Positions 1-9,190 of a stretch of DNA of 64,000 nucleotides are shown here, in pieces. The position numbers were made by a program, and so were the translations under genes. The notes beneath the pieces were generated by a model. It made no database searches. It saw only the letters and a list, made by a program, of their open reading frames with translations, and was not told where the DNA came from. Position 1 is the stretch's first letter. Every line of letters begins with the position of its first letter. Source of the DNA: a virus; IMG/VR virus record IMGVR_UViG_3300034095_000254. One strand, 5' to 3'.

Positions 1-523
1 TGGCTTCAGAGGGACTTAACCAAATATCCTGTGGTGGCAATAGAACCTCACGGATCTTTGCATCAGATAATCCAGAACACTTTTTATAGTGATGGATCAT
101 TTTCTTGGTAGTTAAGTCGAACTCTTTTACCGTTGCGAATAATTCGTGTTCCTTACCAAAAGCACCCCAAGAATACTGGTGTGACAGTATAGATGTGTTT
201 GGTGTAAGAATACGATGCCCTTTGTCACCAGCGATAAAAATCATGAGTCCAGCTGATGCGATCTGTCCTAAGCCAATCGTGCGAATAGGAATTGCTGAAC
301 CCTTCATAGTGTCAATCACTGCAAACGCTGCATTTAAATCACCACCTGGAGAACAGATGATGAGATTCAATAAGTCTGGTCGCTCTTCAGCGAAGTTTGC
401 TTCAAAAATCCATTCAACTAATTGCTTTGCTGACTGTAATGTTACTTCTTCCATCAAAAGGTAAAACGAGTGCGCAGAATCGTCACCACTATCTTTGAGT
501 TGAATGTTTAGTTTGTTCATCAT
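1..523 (-). CDS. clpP: ATP-dependent Clp protease proteolytic subunit (3' end outside window)
   Basis: Not in ORF track; manual translation from ATG 523 gives ...LIICSPGGDLNAAFAVIDTM...GLGQIASAGLMIF...ILSHQ...QDIWLSPSEA with ClpP SPGG motif and Ser/His/Asp triad. Confidence 0.9.
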   Translation of the reverse strand, partial: MMNKLNIQLKDSGDDSAHSFYLLMEEVTLQSAKQLVEWIFEANFAEERPDLLNLIICSPGGDLNAAFAVIDTMKGSAIPIRTIGLGQIASAGLMIFIAGDKGHRILTPNTSILSHQYSWGAFGKEHELFATVKEFDLTTKKMIHHYKKCSGLSDAKIREVLLPPQDIWLSPSEA

Positions 524-1033
524 TTAGATACTATCTCTCTGTTTATAAAAAATGTGTCTGCCGATTACTGCAGTTCGTTCAAGTTTCCATCGTGGATTAA
601 CATAATCCGCATGGTAGAATAATGCACCTCTTGTCATGTCATGCATCTTTTCATAGTTAGCATACACAAGCAGTGCAATGTCTCTTGCTTGTAAATATGC
701 TGAAGTGTTCTGTGTCTTTTTATGCTCACAGAACCAAGTGAACTGACATGTAGATCTTGTCCTTTGTTTCACTACAGAGCAAATATCTTTTGGGAATTGT
801 GGGTCTTGCACCCTATTCAATGTTACCATCGCAACTGCGATCTTTCCATCTCGTGGTTCATAACCTGCTTCATAATAAATGTTTTCTGCCAAGCAATCAA
901 CTTGCGTTTTGGCTTCTGCTGTTAATTGGGTATATGCTACACCAATAATTCTTTCTTGTGAAAAACCTGTACATACTAATAATGTTGCACTTATTAAAAA
1001 TATTGCTGCTAAACTGTATAGTCGTTTATGCAT
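524..1033 (-). CDS. Cell wall hydrolase, SleB/Hydrolase_2 family
   Basis: CLAENIYYEA, VAMVTLNRV, CQFTW, GALFYHADYVNPRW, IGRHIFY motifs; N-terminal signal/TM. Confidence 0.9.
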   Translation of the reverse strand: MHKRLYSLAAIFLISATLLVCTGFSQERIIGVAYTQLTAEAKTQVDCLAENIYYEAGYEPRDGKIAVAMVTLNRVQDPQFPKDICSVVKQRTRSTCQFTWFCEHKKTQNTSAYLQARDIALLVYANYEKMHDMTRGALFYHADYVNPRWKLERTAVIGRHIFYKQRDSI

Positions 1034-1095
1034 AGTTATCTCCTTAAAACAGTTAAGGATTGCAGAGTGTGTGAACCCTGCAATCCAATTCCCTA

Positions 1096-1368
1096 TCAGG
1101 TGGACTTTTTGCTAGTCTTTGTATCTAGTGGGATGTTTGAAACAAAACCATTTAGGGTCTGAGCCTTTGCAATGATTTCAGTCTCGGATGGATAAGCTGG
1201 AAACCCTGGATGAACAGGCATCTCACCACCATTGATTTTAGCAACTTCTACTTTCGTAGACCATTCATTGCTAATTACTTCACGCTTACCGTAGTATTCA
1301 TCGCTAAGCATTTCTTTCGCCATTTTTAAAAGTTCTAGGCGAATCTCGAACGGAGTCATGTTACTCAT
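1096..1368 (-). CDS. Conserved T4-like phage hypothetical protein
   Basis: TPFEIRLELLKMAKEML...YPSETEIIAKAQTLNGFVS; AAGGA RBS before ATG 1368; CTAAATA late box at 1444. Confidence 0.7.
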   Translation of the reverse strand: MSNMTPFEIRLELLKMAKEMLSDEYYGKREVISNEWSTKVEVAKINGGEMPVHPGFPAYPSETEIIAKAQTLNGFVSNIPLDTKTSKKST

Positions 1369-1454
1369 ATTATTTCCTTTGTGTGTTAATGAGTTGTGTG
1401 TAATGAAGGTTTTATTGGGATCCTTCAACCCACTGTGTACAATTATTTAGGATC

Positions 1455-2018
1455 TTACCAAACCCAAGAAACGAAAGTGTATCGTGTACCTTCAAAAATT
1501 TCTGTAACCTTATGTGGATATAAAAAATTTGATGGGAATACCATAATTTGACCAGCTTTGATTTCGATTTCCATATCATCAAACATAATAAATTTACCAC
1601 CAGTGTAGTCATTATTTAAACTACCAAGAGCAGTTAAGGTTGGTATACCTTTCATCTGACCATCAAACATACTATGAATATGATCACAATGAACACTCAT
1701 AATTTGGTCTTTTCTATAACGATTAAATCTTACTCTAGTGTAACCATTCCAACCACGATACCAACCAAAATTTAATTCTGTAAGATACTTAACTAAACTC
1801 TCATGCACATTTTGCATAAGAGTATCTTTTGTTGTTATCTCATCCCAAGAATTATTTAACTCTTTATCTCCATTTTTTGGATTTGATTCCTGTGTTGATG
1901 GATTATGATATGTATGTTGATGCCAATTAACATTTTGCAATTCTTGTATGGAAAGATCACATATTGGTTTAGGGATTGCATCATAAACTTTTATGTAATC
2001 TTCTAATCGCATTTGCAT
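1455..2018 (-). CDS. 2OG-Fe(II) oxygenase (prolyl-4-hydroxylase-like)
   Basis: HCD...LNNDYTGG...FPSNFLYPHKV...GTRY. Confidence 0.9.
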   Translation of the reverse strand: MQMRLEDYIKVYDAIPKPICDLSIQELQNVNWHQHTYHNPSTQESNPKNGDKELNNSWDEITTKDTLMQNVHESLVKYLTELNFGWYRGWNGYTRVRFNRYRKDQIMSVHCDHIHSMFDGQMKGIPTLTALGSLNNDYTGGKFIMFDDMEIEIKAGQIMVFPSNFLYPHKVTEIFEGTRYTFVSWVW

Positions 2019-2020
2019 GA

Positions 2021-2218
2021 TTATTTCTTTGCTTCTTCTTTCTTTTCTACTTTCTTAGGAGTAGGTTTTTCACCCTTTGGTGCTGGAGGACAGTTACCTT
2101 TCTTATCCTTCGTCACGCAATTCACTTCTTCTTTCTTTGGTTCTTCTTTCTTTACATGATCTGCTGAAAATGCTACAGAAGAAAAAGCCAATACTAACAA
2201 TGCAATAAATGATTTCAT
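2021..2218 (-). CDS. Small secreted Lys/Glu-rich protein
   Basis: Signal peptide MKSFIALLVLAFSSVAFS, two Cys. Confidence 0.6.
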   Translation of the reverse strand: MKSFIALLVLAFSSVAFSADHVKKEEPKKEEVNCVTKDKKGNCPPAPKGEKPTPKKVEKKEEAKK

Positions 2219-2233
2219 TTAATTTCCTTTAAA

Positions 2234-2500
2234 TTATTTTTCGAAAACTGCAATGATAAACTCTTCTTTAATCATTGCTCTTTGTACATCACCAATTTTC
2301 ACTGGAGATGCTTTAGCCCAATCTATCAAAACAACATCATCAATTTTAACATCAGTTACATCTGGACCAACTGCAAGAACAGTTGCCTTTGCTGTATTTA
2401 AAGGACTGCGAATACCTTCAATAATAATACCAGATTCAGTTTTATCTTCTTTTTTATTCTCTGCGACCAGTACCTGCGTCTTCAATGGCAATACATTCAT
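2234..2500 (-). CDS. groES: Co-chaperonin GroES (Cpn10)
   Basis: PLKTQVLV, TESGIII, ATVLAVGPDV, EEFIIAV. Confidence 0.85.
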   Translation of the reverse strand: MNVLPLKTQVLVAENKKEDKTESGIIIEGIRSPLNTAKATVLAVGPDVTDVKIDDVVLIDWAKASPVKIGDVQRAMIKEEFIIAVFEK

Positions 2501-2524
2501 TATTAAATCCCTATGTTATAAAAT

Positions 2525-2832
2525 TAGTGGATGGTTATTCTGTTACGAGGAAACCATCCGAAACCCTAAGCAGTGTTTAGGCTGCTAATGCGAACTGTGC
2601 GTCGTTTGCGTTTACGGTTTTTTACTTTTTACGACTCTCTGTGTCGTGCTGTCCACTCATTTACTTATTGCCCTGTCGAAACCTAGTCACCCCCATCAAA
2701 AGTATTTTAGTATGCACTTAATCCAGAGGTGCAACTTTAACGCACATTGGCTGACTAAAATACTTTTGGTGGAGGTGGGGAGAATCGAACTCCCGTCCAG
2801 AACACCTTTCTCTTTGCTTCATACAGCAATAA
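2525..2832 (-). ncRNA. ssrA: Circularly permuted (two-piece) tmRNA
   Basis: Acceptor piece ends GGACGGGAGTTCGATTCTCCCCACCTCCACCA (CCA at 2767); coding piece starts GGGGGTGACTAGGTTTCGAC at 2694; G3:U70 pair; tag ORF ANDAQFALAA* at 2609-2577; outer ends approximate. Confidence 0.92.
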
Positions 2833-2837
2833 CCTAC

Positions 2838-2866
2838 ATTATACATTATATTTAGTTACAAGTCAA
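2838..2866 (-). promoter_or_regulatory. Sigma70-like promoter for tmRNA with embedded late box
   Basis: TTGACT-17-TATAAT; CTAAATA at 2849-2855 inside the spacer. Confidence 0.8.
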
Positions 2867-3579
2867 ATGTTTTTCAAATTCTTATAATCTAATCTTAATT
2901 TCTTAAAGCCACCAATCCAGTTGTCTCGTTTCTCGATAAACCATCTTGGATCATCACTATCAACTGCCATAATAATCACAAGCCTACCAATAGGTATTCC
3001 TGTTCGTTCTTCAAATGCTACTGCATATGCTGCAGTTTGCATGAAGTAGTTATGAATGTCATCTCTGTCTTTTGGTTTGCTGGATGTCTTAAAATCTATG
3101 ACAGACAGTTTACCTTGGAACTCTGCGATACAGTCAACTGTTCCTGCGACTTGTAAATGGTCAGACCATAACGGAGTCTCCAAGCAGTGGATGTTGTCGA
3201 TTTGGTCGAGGAGTGGTCTGATTGAGTTGAACATCTCTGCATCAAACATATCTGGCTCAACATGCTCTCCAAGGAGAAAGTCTTCGCAGTGTTGGTGAAT
3301 TCTTGTGCCTCTTGCACTGGCTCTTCCAGAGATTCGGTTGGCTTCTGCTTCTCCGACTCTTTTTCGCCATTCCATGATTCCCTTCGCTGAGTGCAATCCT
3401 GTAACTGTCGTAACGGAGGGATAGGATTTACCCGATGGGGTTTTGTATAACCTTGTACCATCAGGTTTCGTGTCTCGTTCAAGTTTACCGAAATCATGGC
3501 GAATAAAGTTTCTTACTTTAGACTGAGAAACTGCTTCCACATCCGCAGGTTGATTTGGCATTTGGGTTTGATATAACAA
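2863..3579 (-). CDS. PD-(D/E)XK exonuclease (T4-like phage exonuclease, Cas4/RecB-like)
   Basis: YPSVTTV, RGTRIH, AGTVDCI, IDFKTS, YFMQTAAYA; start uncertain. Confidence 0.85.
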   Translation of the reverse strand: MLYQTQMPNQPADVEAVSQSKVRNFIRHDFGKLERDTKPDGTRLYKTPSGKSYPSVTTVTGLHSAKGIMEWRKRVGEAEANRISGRASARGTRIHQHCEDFLLGEHVEPDMFDAEMFNSIRPLLDQIDNIHCLETPLWSDHLQVAGTVDCIAEFQGKLSVIDFKTSSKPKDRDDIHNYFMQTAAYAVAFEERTGIPIGRLVIIMAVDSDDPRWFIEKRDNWIGGFKKLRLDYKNLKNI

Positions 3580-3829
3580 ATTGAGATCCTTTTAATTTAT
3601 CACTAGTAAAATCTATAGTAGCGTTTTCAAAATACTGCATACTCATTACATCCACTACAAGATTGTCAATAACGAAGTCATCTTCTTCTTTGTTCTCTTC
3701 AATAGTAAATCCATAATTAAAACCAGAGCATCCACCTCCAGAGATAAATGCTCTTACATATTTTCCATTCGGTTCATCCATTAGGATCTCATCGAGTTGT
3801 TTCTTTGCTGTTTCTGTTACGGTAATCAT
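3518..3829 (-). CDS. Fe-S cluster insertion protein, IscA/ErpA (HesB) family
   Basis: GGGCSGFNY and C-terminal CGCGSSF. Confidence 0.92.
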   Translation of the reverse strand: MITVTETAKKQLDEILMDEPNGKYVRAFISGGGCSGFNYGFTIEENKEEDDFVIDNLVVDVMSMQYFENATIDFTSDKLKGSQFVISNPNAKSTCGCGSSFSV

Positions 3830-4209
3830 GAGCATGAACACTTTAGTTGATAGTCGTGGATTGCTGCACGAATTGCATCTTCTGCAAGTATGGAGCAGTG
3901 AATTTTAACTGGTGGTAGAGCAAGTTCTTCTGCAATGGCAGAATTTTTAATCTCCATTGCTTGATCCAAAGTTTTACCTTTGACCCATTCAGTGACAAGT
4001 GAACTAGAAGCAATTGCTGAGCCACATCCGTATGTTTTAAATTTTGCATCGGTGATTATTCCATCTTCAACTTTAATTTGAAGTTTCATCACATCACCGC
4101 ATGCAGGTGCACCAACCATTCCAGTACCGACTGTTAGATCGTTTTTATCTAAAGAACCCACATTTCTTGGATTCTCGTAGTGATCAAGAACTTTGTCGGA
4201 GTAAGCCAT
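3826..4209 (-). CDS. iscU: Fe-S cluster scaffold IscU
   Basis: YSDKVLDHYENPRNVG, GAPACGDVM, GCGSAIASSS, LPPVKIHCS. Confidence 0.96.
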   Translation of the reverse strand: MAYSDKVLDHYENPRNVGSLDKNDLTVGTGMVGAPACGDVMKLQIKVEDGIITDAKFKTYGCGSAIASSSLVTEWVKGKTLDQAMEIKNSAIAEELALPPVKIHCSILAEDAIRAAIHDYQLKCSCS

Positions 4210-4325
4210 TACTTTTTAGCGATCAGTGTTTGAATTTTTTCTTGTATAATCTTAGCCCAGAAAGGTTGTGGAAAATTCCATCCAACAAATGCACCAAGTG
4301 CCACCCAAAATAGAGTATCTAACAT
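4209..4325 (-). CDS. Small membrane protein (38 aa), holin-like candidate
   Basis: Manual ORF MLDTLFWVALGAFVGWNFPQPFWAK...; AGGAG RBS; follows endolysin. Confidence 0.5.
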   Translation of the reverse strand: MLDTLFWVALGAFVGWNFPQPFWAKIIQEKIQTLIAKK

Positions 4326-4340
4326 TTTAATTTCTCCTAG

Positions 4341-4961
4341 TTATGTGAGTAAATGTATTGCTTCATTATAATGTTTAATTCTGTCTTCAAGACCAATATA
4401 ACCACCATTGATTTTCTTGGTCATTAGTTTAATGTCACCAGCGTCTGCTTGAACATTTAACTTGTTTTTATTCCAGAACCAAATTGCTGACATCAATGCG
4501 AAGTCACGATCGCTCGTAACCCAATCTGGATTATCAAATAGATTTTCCCAGTCTTCAAACATGTCTTTCGCAAATGCTCTGTAATTATCTTTTCCAGTCA
4601 ACTGGATTGGTCCACGACCACGATACTTATATCCGTCACCTGATGATTCTGGTCCATTACCCATGCGACCACCATACACTTTATTGGCAATCATCTCTGG
4701 CTTGCGTGCGTAAGGTTGTGCTGATTCAAGTGTAGGGAAATACTTCTTGAAGATACCATTTAATCCCTGTGCGGAATAGTTTAGGTTTTCTTCGAATACT
4801 GTCCAACCACCAGACTCATGACCACATTGAGCAAGGAATGCTGCAATACGATGTGGTGTGTTGATATCATATGTTGGGAATACATTATTCATCGACTCTA
4901 CCCAAGATGCTGGATCTTGCGCACGAGGAAATAAATGTTTAAATTGTTCTGCTGTAATCAT
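4341..4961 (-). CDS. Glycoside hydrolase family 19 endolysin
   Basis: AAFLAQCGHESGG, EENLNYS, YRGRGPIQLTGKDNY, KINGGYIGLEDR. Confidence 0.92.
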   Translation of the reverse strand: MITAEQFKHLFPRAQDPASWVESMNNVFPTYDINTPHRIAAFLAQCGHESGGWTVFEENLNYSAQGLNGIFKKYFPTLESAQPYARKPEMIANKVYGGRMGNGPESSGDGYKYRGRGPIQLTGKDNYRAFAKDMFEDWENLFDNPDWVTSDRDFALMSAIWFWNKNKLNVQADAGDIKLMTKKINGGYIGLEDRIKHYNEAIHLLT

Positions 4962-5725
4962 TTGTTCTCCATATCTTCTATCTTTAATTTGGCAAGAATA
5001 TAATCCTTAACCAAAGATGATCGAACGATATCGTCAGGAGTGAATTCAATCTTAGTGAAAGCACCCATATGCATAGCAATATCAAAGAATTTCAGAATGC
5101 CAGACATATCGTTTCTTTTCTTATTTAGATCAGTCTGACGGTAATCTCCGCACCAGATGATCTTTGACATATGACCAACACGAGTCATAACTGTGTCAAT
5201 TTCTTCGAATGTTAAATTCTGCATTTCATCAACGAGGATGATTGCATTATCAAAAGACATACCACGAATAAACGAAGTAGAGATAAACTCAATGTGGTGC
5301 TGTTCTGCTAATCTATCCCATGCGTCTTTGCGACCAAACAAAGTCTCGCAGATTTGACGATATGGTTGCTGATAGATTTCCATCTTCTCATTTACATCTC
5401 CTGGAAGATGACCAATTTCACGAGATTGAACTGCAGAGCGAACTACAATAATCTTGCTGAATGGATTATTTTTATCAAGCACTTCTTCAATTGCTTTATA
5501 GAGAGCAATGAATGTCTTACCTGTTCCAGCGACACCATGAAGTGCCACAAAATAATCACCACGCTTGTATGCGTCAAAGAATTTCTTCTGATTGTCTGTT
5601 AGTGGCTGGAATGTCTTTAAGTTATCTAGTCTAATTCTTAATTGATTACTGGCAATGGGTTTCGTGTCACGCTCTTCATTATGATTAATGTCTATTACTT
5701 TTTTAGCAGCTGATGTGCGAGCCAT
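4958..5725 (-). CDS. phoH: PhoH-family ATPase
   Basis: GVAGTGKT, RG.SFDN, DEMQN, GDYRQTDL. Confidence 0.93.
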   Translation of the reverse strand: MARTSAAKKVIDINHNEERDTKPIASNQLRIRLDNLKTFQPLTDNQKKFFDAYKRGDYFVALHGVAGTGKTFIALYKAIEEVLDKNNPFSKIIVVRSAVQSREIGHLPGDVNEKMEIYQQPYRQICETLFGRKDAWDRLAEQHHIEFISTSFIRGMSFDNAIILVDEMQNLTFEEIDTVMTRVGHMSKIIWCGDYRQTDLNKKRNDMSGILKFFDIAMHMGAFTKIEFTPDDIVRSSLVKDYILAKLKIEDMENK

Positions 5726-5735
5726 TGATGATTCC

Positions 5736-5978
5736 TTAAATTTGGGATGATGTTTTATCTAATTGACTTCCTGGAGTTAGAGAATGAATTCTTTGTAGTA
5801 CCTCCTTAAAACCTGTATCTTTTTTAAGAGTGATATGATCCCCAGCAAATGCAGGTGCACTTGTGATAATAGATTCTAATTGGGGATTGTCTAGTAGATA
5901 TTGCTCTCGAGCAGCAATGCGCATGATCTCATCGTGTATTTCGCCTGTTTCTCTATTTCTAAAACTATATGTTGGCAT
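5736..5978 (-). CDS. FmdB-like small regulatory protein (T4-like conserved, Cys-less)
   Basis: MPTYSF start, GFKEVLQRI...PGS end. Confidence 0.55.
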   Translation of the reverse strand: MPTYSFRNRETGEIHDEIMRIAAREQYLLDNPQLESIITSAPAFAGDHITLKKDTGFKEVLQRIHSLTPGSQLDKTSSQI

Positions 5979-5995
5979 AATTTCTCCTCACAACT

Positions 5996-6643
5996 CTATT
6001 TAGTGGCAGATTTCTTTCTATTACAGTAAATATTGCCTGCAACGGAGATTCTGTATTCGTCAGATGTAAAAAATGGATAAACACAGTGCATTAACTTGGA
6101 TGGGAACAACATTAATGTGTTTTCGTAACTTTCGTCAACTGGAACATAGTGATTACTGATGCCACCAAGAATTCCAGTGTAAGAAAACTGGAAATGACCT
6201 GGAACATTGTTATTTGAGTTGATTCCTGGAGATGCAGCCAACTCATCTCTCATTTTAAATGGAACTTTCGTGTAAATAACAAAAGACATGAACCCATCAT
6301 GGTTATGTAGTGGATTAAATTCATTCTTTGCTTGAAAATTGACCCAGAGAGAGTTTAAACTGAAATCTACTTCTTCTCTTGTAAGAAATGAGTCTTTAAG
6401 GAAGTTAAAAAACTCAACATAATCTTCAACATGTGGTAAAATCAGCTTTTCTGCGTGTGCCATTGATTTTGGCAGTGCAAATTCTCTTTTTAGATTGCCA
6501 CTGAGACGAGTATTCCACTGTTGTGGTTGATGCATGTCAAAATCTGCTTGAATTTCATCAATCTCATCACGAATTGGTTGTAATTCTTTGTTCGTAAAGA
6601 CATGCTCGATAAATCCGTAGTTATTAAATGTATTTAAACTCAT
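5996..6643 (-). CDS. Putative 2OG-Fe(II) oxygenase
   Basis: WVNFQ..NEFNPLHNH, FPSKLMHCVYPF, RISVAGN. Confidence 0.85.
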   Translation of the reverse strand: MSLNTFNNYGFIEHVFTNKELQPIRDEIDEIQADFDMHQPQQWNTRLSGNLKREFALPKSMAHAEKLILPHVEDYVEFFNFLKDSFLTREEVDFSLNSLWVNFQAKNEFNPLHNHDGFMSFVIYTKVPFKMRDELAASPGINSNNNVPGHFQFSYTGILGGISNHYVPVDESYENTLMLFPSKLMHCVYPFFTSDEYRISVAGNIYCNRKKSATK

Positions 6644-7254
6644 TATGCTGGAACCATCCTAAATTTTATTCTATCGTTTTGTTTTTGATACACTGCTTTG
6701 TGGTTTCTATCTTTCCACTCACAAACATACCACTCTGGAATTGGTCTATTCGTCCAAACAGCAAATGGTTGCTTATCATTAATGTAATAATTGTGATATG
6801 CTTGAATAGAATTCGTTGGAACTTTATAATCTTCAGGCATACACTGTGGCATTGGAGTCATATCTCCATTTTTTATATTAGTTGGTAAAATATCAAGGAA
6901 AGGAATTAATCTTTCCGCAACATGATGCTTACCATAACGAAAAGTATATTCTTGCATGAGATCTCGCCAGAGAGAATATAACCACATGTAGTTGGCAGAT
7001 GTCTCACGACACCAGATACCAGATGGATGTTTCATGTGTGATGCAAGATACAAATTATCTTCACGATCATCATCTAATTTCCATCTCATGGCTTTGCGAC
7101 CTGAAATAGACTTACCTTCATACTCATAGCCATCGAGTAAACGATGAGCAGTGGAAAGAAGTTGTGCATATTCTAGAATCATCTTAACGACATGTTTGTC
7201 AAGATGTTGCCTTGCACATTCTGTAGTATTTTCGTGAAGATAAAAGATATTCAT
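6643..7254 (-). CDS. Pyrimidine-dimer DNA glycosylase-like protein (DenV-related)
   Basis: MNIFYL, DKHVVKMILEYAQLLSTAH, HPSGIW, EYTFRYGKHH. Confidence 0.75.
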   Translation of the reverse strand: MNIFYLHENTTECARQHLDKHVVKMILEYAQLLSTAHRLLDGYEYEGKSISGRKAMRWKLDDDREDNLYLASHMKHPSGIWCRETSANYMWLYSLWRDLMQEYTFRYGKHHVAERLIPFLDILPTNIKNGDMTPMPQCMPEDYKVPTNSIQAYHNYYINDKQPFAVWTNRPIPEWYVCEWKDRNHKAVYQKQNDRIKFRMVPA

Positions 7255-7997
7255 ATTTTATATTGTCTAACTCTTTCAAGAGCAGGAATGGATACAGAAT
7301 CAACACTATCTACAAAATATACTAATGTGAGTCGAGAACCTGTTCCAGTTTGGAAATTATTTGCAGCATGCCATTCATTAGCGTCAAAAGAAATTAATCT
7401 ATTATAAATGTTTTTAACATGAACAGTTTCATCAAACTGAGAATTAAATTCATTTAATCTTTTGCTATAATATTCTAAATCAATTTGTTTATCATTATAT
7501 AAATCTTCTTTGGCATCTTGTTTATTAGACGAATATGTTTTCTTGTCGTTTTTATAAAAGTCAATTCTTTCAGATTGTTCATCTAGTAGTAGTGCAGTTT
7601 CAATTTCTGCTGTTTTTGGTTTAAACAAAGATGTTCCAGTATCAGGATCTGCATCGGGTGTTAGATAAAGAATTCCAGCTAAAAGTTTATTATGGTCTGT
7701 GTGAATCCATCCACGATTAAAAGTGTGTTGTTTATCGTCATCAAATGGTTCTATTAACTGAAAATGCGCAGTTAGTTTCCATTCAACTCTATTTAAAAAA
7801 TCATAGTGTAAAGAGAAAAACTTTTTACACAAATATTCAAATAACTCTGGATCACATTGATTCAATGACAATGTTCTTTTTCCTGGCCATGTGCCATCGG
7901 TTGGATGAAAGTCTAACTTTAGTGCTCTATTACGAACATAATCTGGACTTTCCAGAAAATTATCAACTACTATCGTTGGGAATAATTTAACTATCAT
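7251..7997 (-). CDS. Putative 2OG-Fe(II) oxygenase (DUF6445-like)
   Basis: VVDNF..PD.VR, WPGKRT, GWIHTD, NIYNRL, WHAA, RLTLVYF. Confidence 0.75.
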   Translation of the reverse strand: MIVKLFPTIVVDNFLESPDYVRNRALKLDFHPTDGTWPGKRTLSLNQCDPELFEYLCKKFFSLHYDFLNRVEWKLTAHFQLIEPFDDDKQHTFNRGWIHTDHNKLLAGILYLTPDADPDTGTSLFKPKTAEIETALLLDEQSERIDFYKNDKKTYSSNKQDAKEDLYNDKQIDLEYYSKRLNEFNSQFDETVHVKNIYNRLISFDANEWHAANNFQTGTGSRLTLVYFVDSVDSVSIPALERVRQYKI

Positions 7998-8305
7998 ATA
8001 ATCATCCTTATCAATCCAAAGGTGTCTATAGCAGTGAGCAAGATGTAGTTAGCCAACATGCCAAATGATTTCCGAGTATAACTAGCCCAAGCATAAAGAG
8101 CACAGCCACTAATCCAGACAGGATATAGTAGAAGTAGAGGAGGATTGGGAACTGTGACTGCCATCGTAATACTACAACCAATAGAAATAGCCCAAGCGAG
8201 CAACTCAATAGCAAACCTAAAGGGATTAGAATTCCAGTCATCTTTTATCCATTGTAATGTTGGTCCAAAAATGTCAAGCATAAGAACCCATAGAATCCCA
8301 TCCAA
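7994..8305 (-). CDS. Small membrane protein
   Basis: Three hydrophobic segments; start uncertain. Confidence 0.6.
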   Translation of the reverse strand: MDGILWVLMLDIFGPTLQWIKDDWNSNPFRFAIELLAWAISIGCSITMAVTVPNPPLLLLYPVWISGCALYAWASYTRKSFGMLANYILLTAIDTFGLIRMII

Positions 8306-8798
8306 ATTTTAATGCGTGCAATCCATTGATACCACGAATGGTATCATGAATTTGTTGGATAGACTCAGTAGATTTTGTGTGAAGGATACCATGTCCACCT
8401 TTAACATTGAATGGGTTGATGCATCCTGGAGAATCATCAACTAAAATTGCTCTATCATGAGCAAATTTTGATTTTTCTTCTTTGGAACGAACAAAATTGG
8501 CTTTGTATGGAATGTTCCACTTGTCTAACCACTTTTGTTTTTGTGATTTTGCTGCATTTCCTTGCTGAACATCAAAAGTACCCATTGAAGTCAGAATTTC
8601 AATGTTGATTTTATCAAGTTTACTGACATAAGTCAACAATTCTTGCGTATCTGGCATAAATTCCAGATCTTCGAAGATGTGATAGTCCATAACAGCTGCA
8701 CGGAATCGTTTTCCGTCAGTTGCATGTGTGCGTAAAGAGCGATATGCCTTGTCAAAATTGCAAAGCACACCATCCATATCTAAGTATAATGTAATCAT
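8274..8798 (-). CDS. HAD-family 5'(3')-deoxyribonucleotidase
   Basis: LDMDGVL motif I, ILVDD motif; ATG 6 nt after TATAAT (leaderless). Confidence 0.85.
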   Translation of the reverse strand: MITLYLDMDGVLCNFDKAYRSLRTHATDGKRFRAAVMDYHIFEDLEFMPDTQELLTYVSKLDKINIEILTSMGTFDVQQGNAAKSQKQKWLDKWNIPYKANFVRSKEEKSKFAHDRAILVDDSPGCINPFNVKGGHGILHTKSTESIQQIHDTIRGINGLHALKFGWDSMGSYA

Positions 8799-8804
8799 AA
8801 TGTA

Positions 8805-8833
8805 ATTATACCTCAAAACTCAATTTAAGGCAA
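8805..8833 (-). promoter_or_regulatory. Sigma70-like promoter, leaderless transcript
   Basis: TTGCCT-17-TATAAT-6-ATG. Confidence 0.75.
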
Positions 8834-9190
8834 CTTCTTTTTTGTAAATTTGGATAAATCAGGCTCTTTCCAACCTTCAGGCTTCAAAATCTTGCCATCT
8901 TCTCGTCTTGTAACCTTGCGAGTAACTGGATCAACCTTCGCCATGTTGCTTCGAAGCACTTCATCCCATGCACCTTGCACATCATAACCCTTCATGTGAC
9001 AAAACCCAAGCGTAACCCAGATTAAATCCATGCATCCATCAAGCATTTCGGTCTCATCACGATTCCAATGAGCATCAATGAACTCTTTGAACTCTTCTTC
9101 CATGAGAGATTTGTATAATGCAGCATTTTCAGGTGATGGTTTCTGATCACATGCTTGTTGAAACATTAAAACATCAAGTGGCATTCCCAT
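8825..9190 (-). CDS. MazG-like/PRA-PH nucleoside triphosphate pyrophosphohydrolase
   Basis: EEFKE, DGCMDLIWV, EVLRSNMAK, DGKILKPEGW. Confidence 0.85.
   Translation of the reverse strand: MGMPLDVLMFQQACDQKPSPENAALYKSLMEEEFKEFIDAHWNRDETEMLDGCMDLIWVTLGFCHMKGYDVQGAWDEVLRSNMAKVDPVTRKVTRREDGKILKPEGWKEPDLSKFTKKKLP

Noticed and set aside
2863-3579. Cas4 / CRISPR system
   Set aside because: No Fe-S cysteines, no other cas genes and no repeat-spacer array seen in the window.
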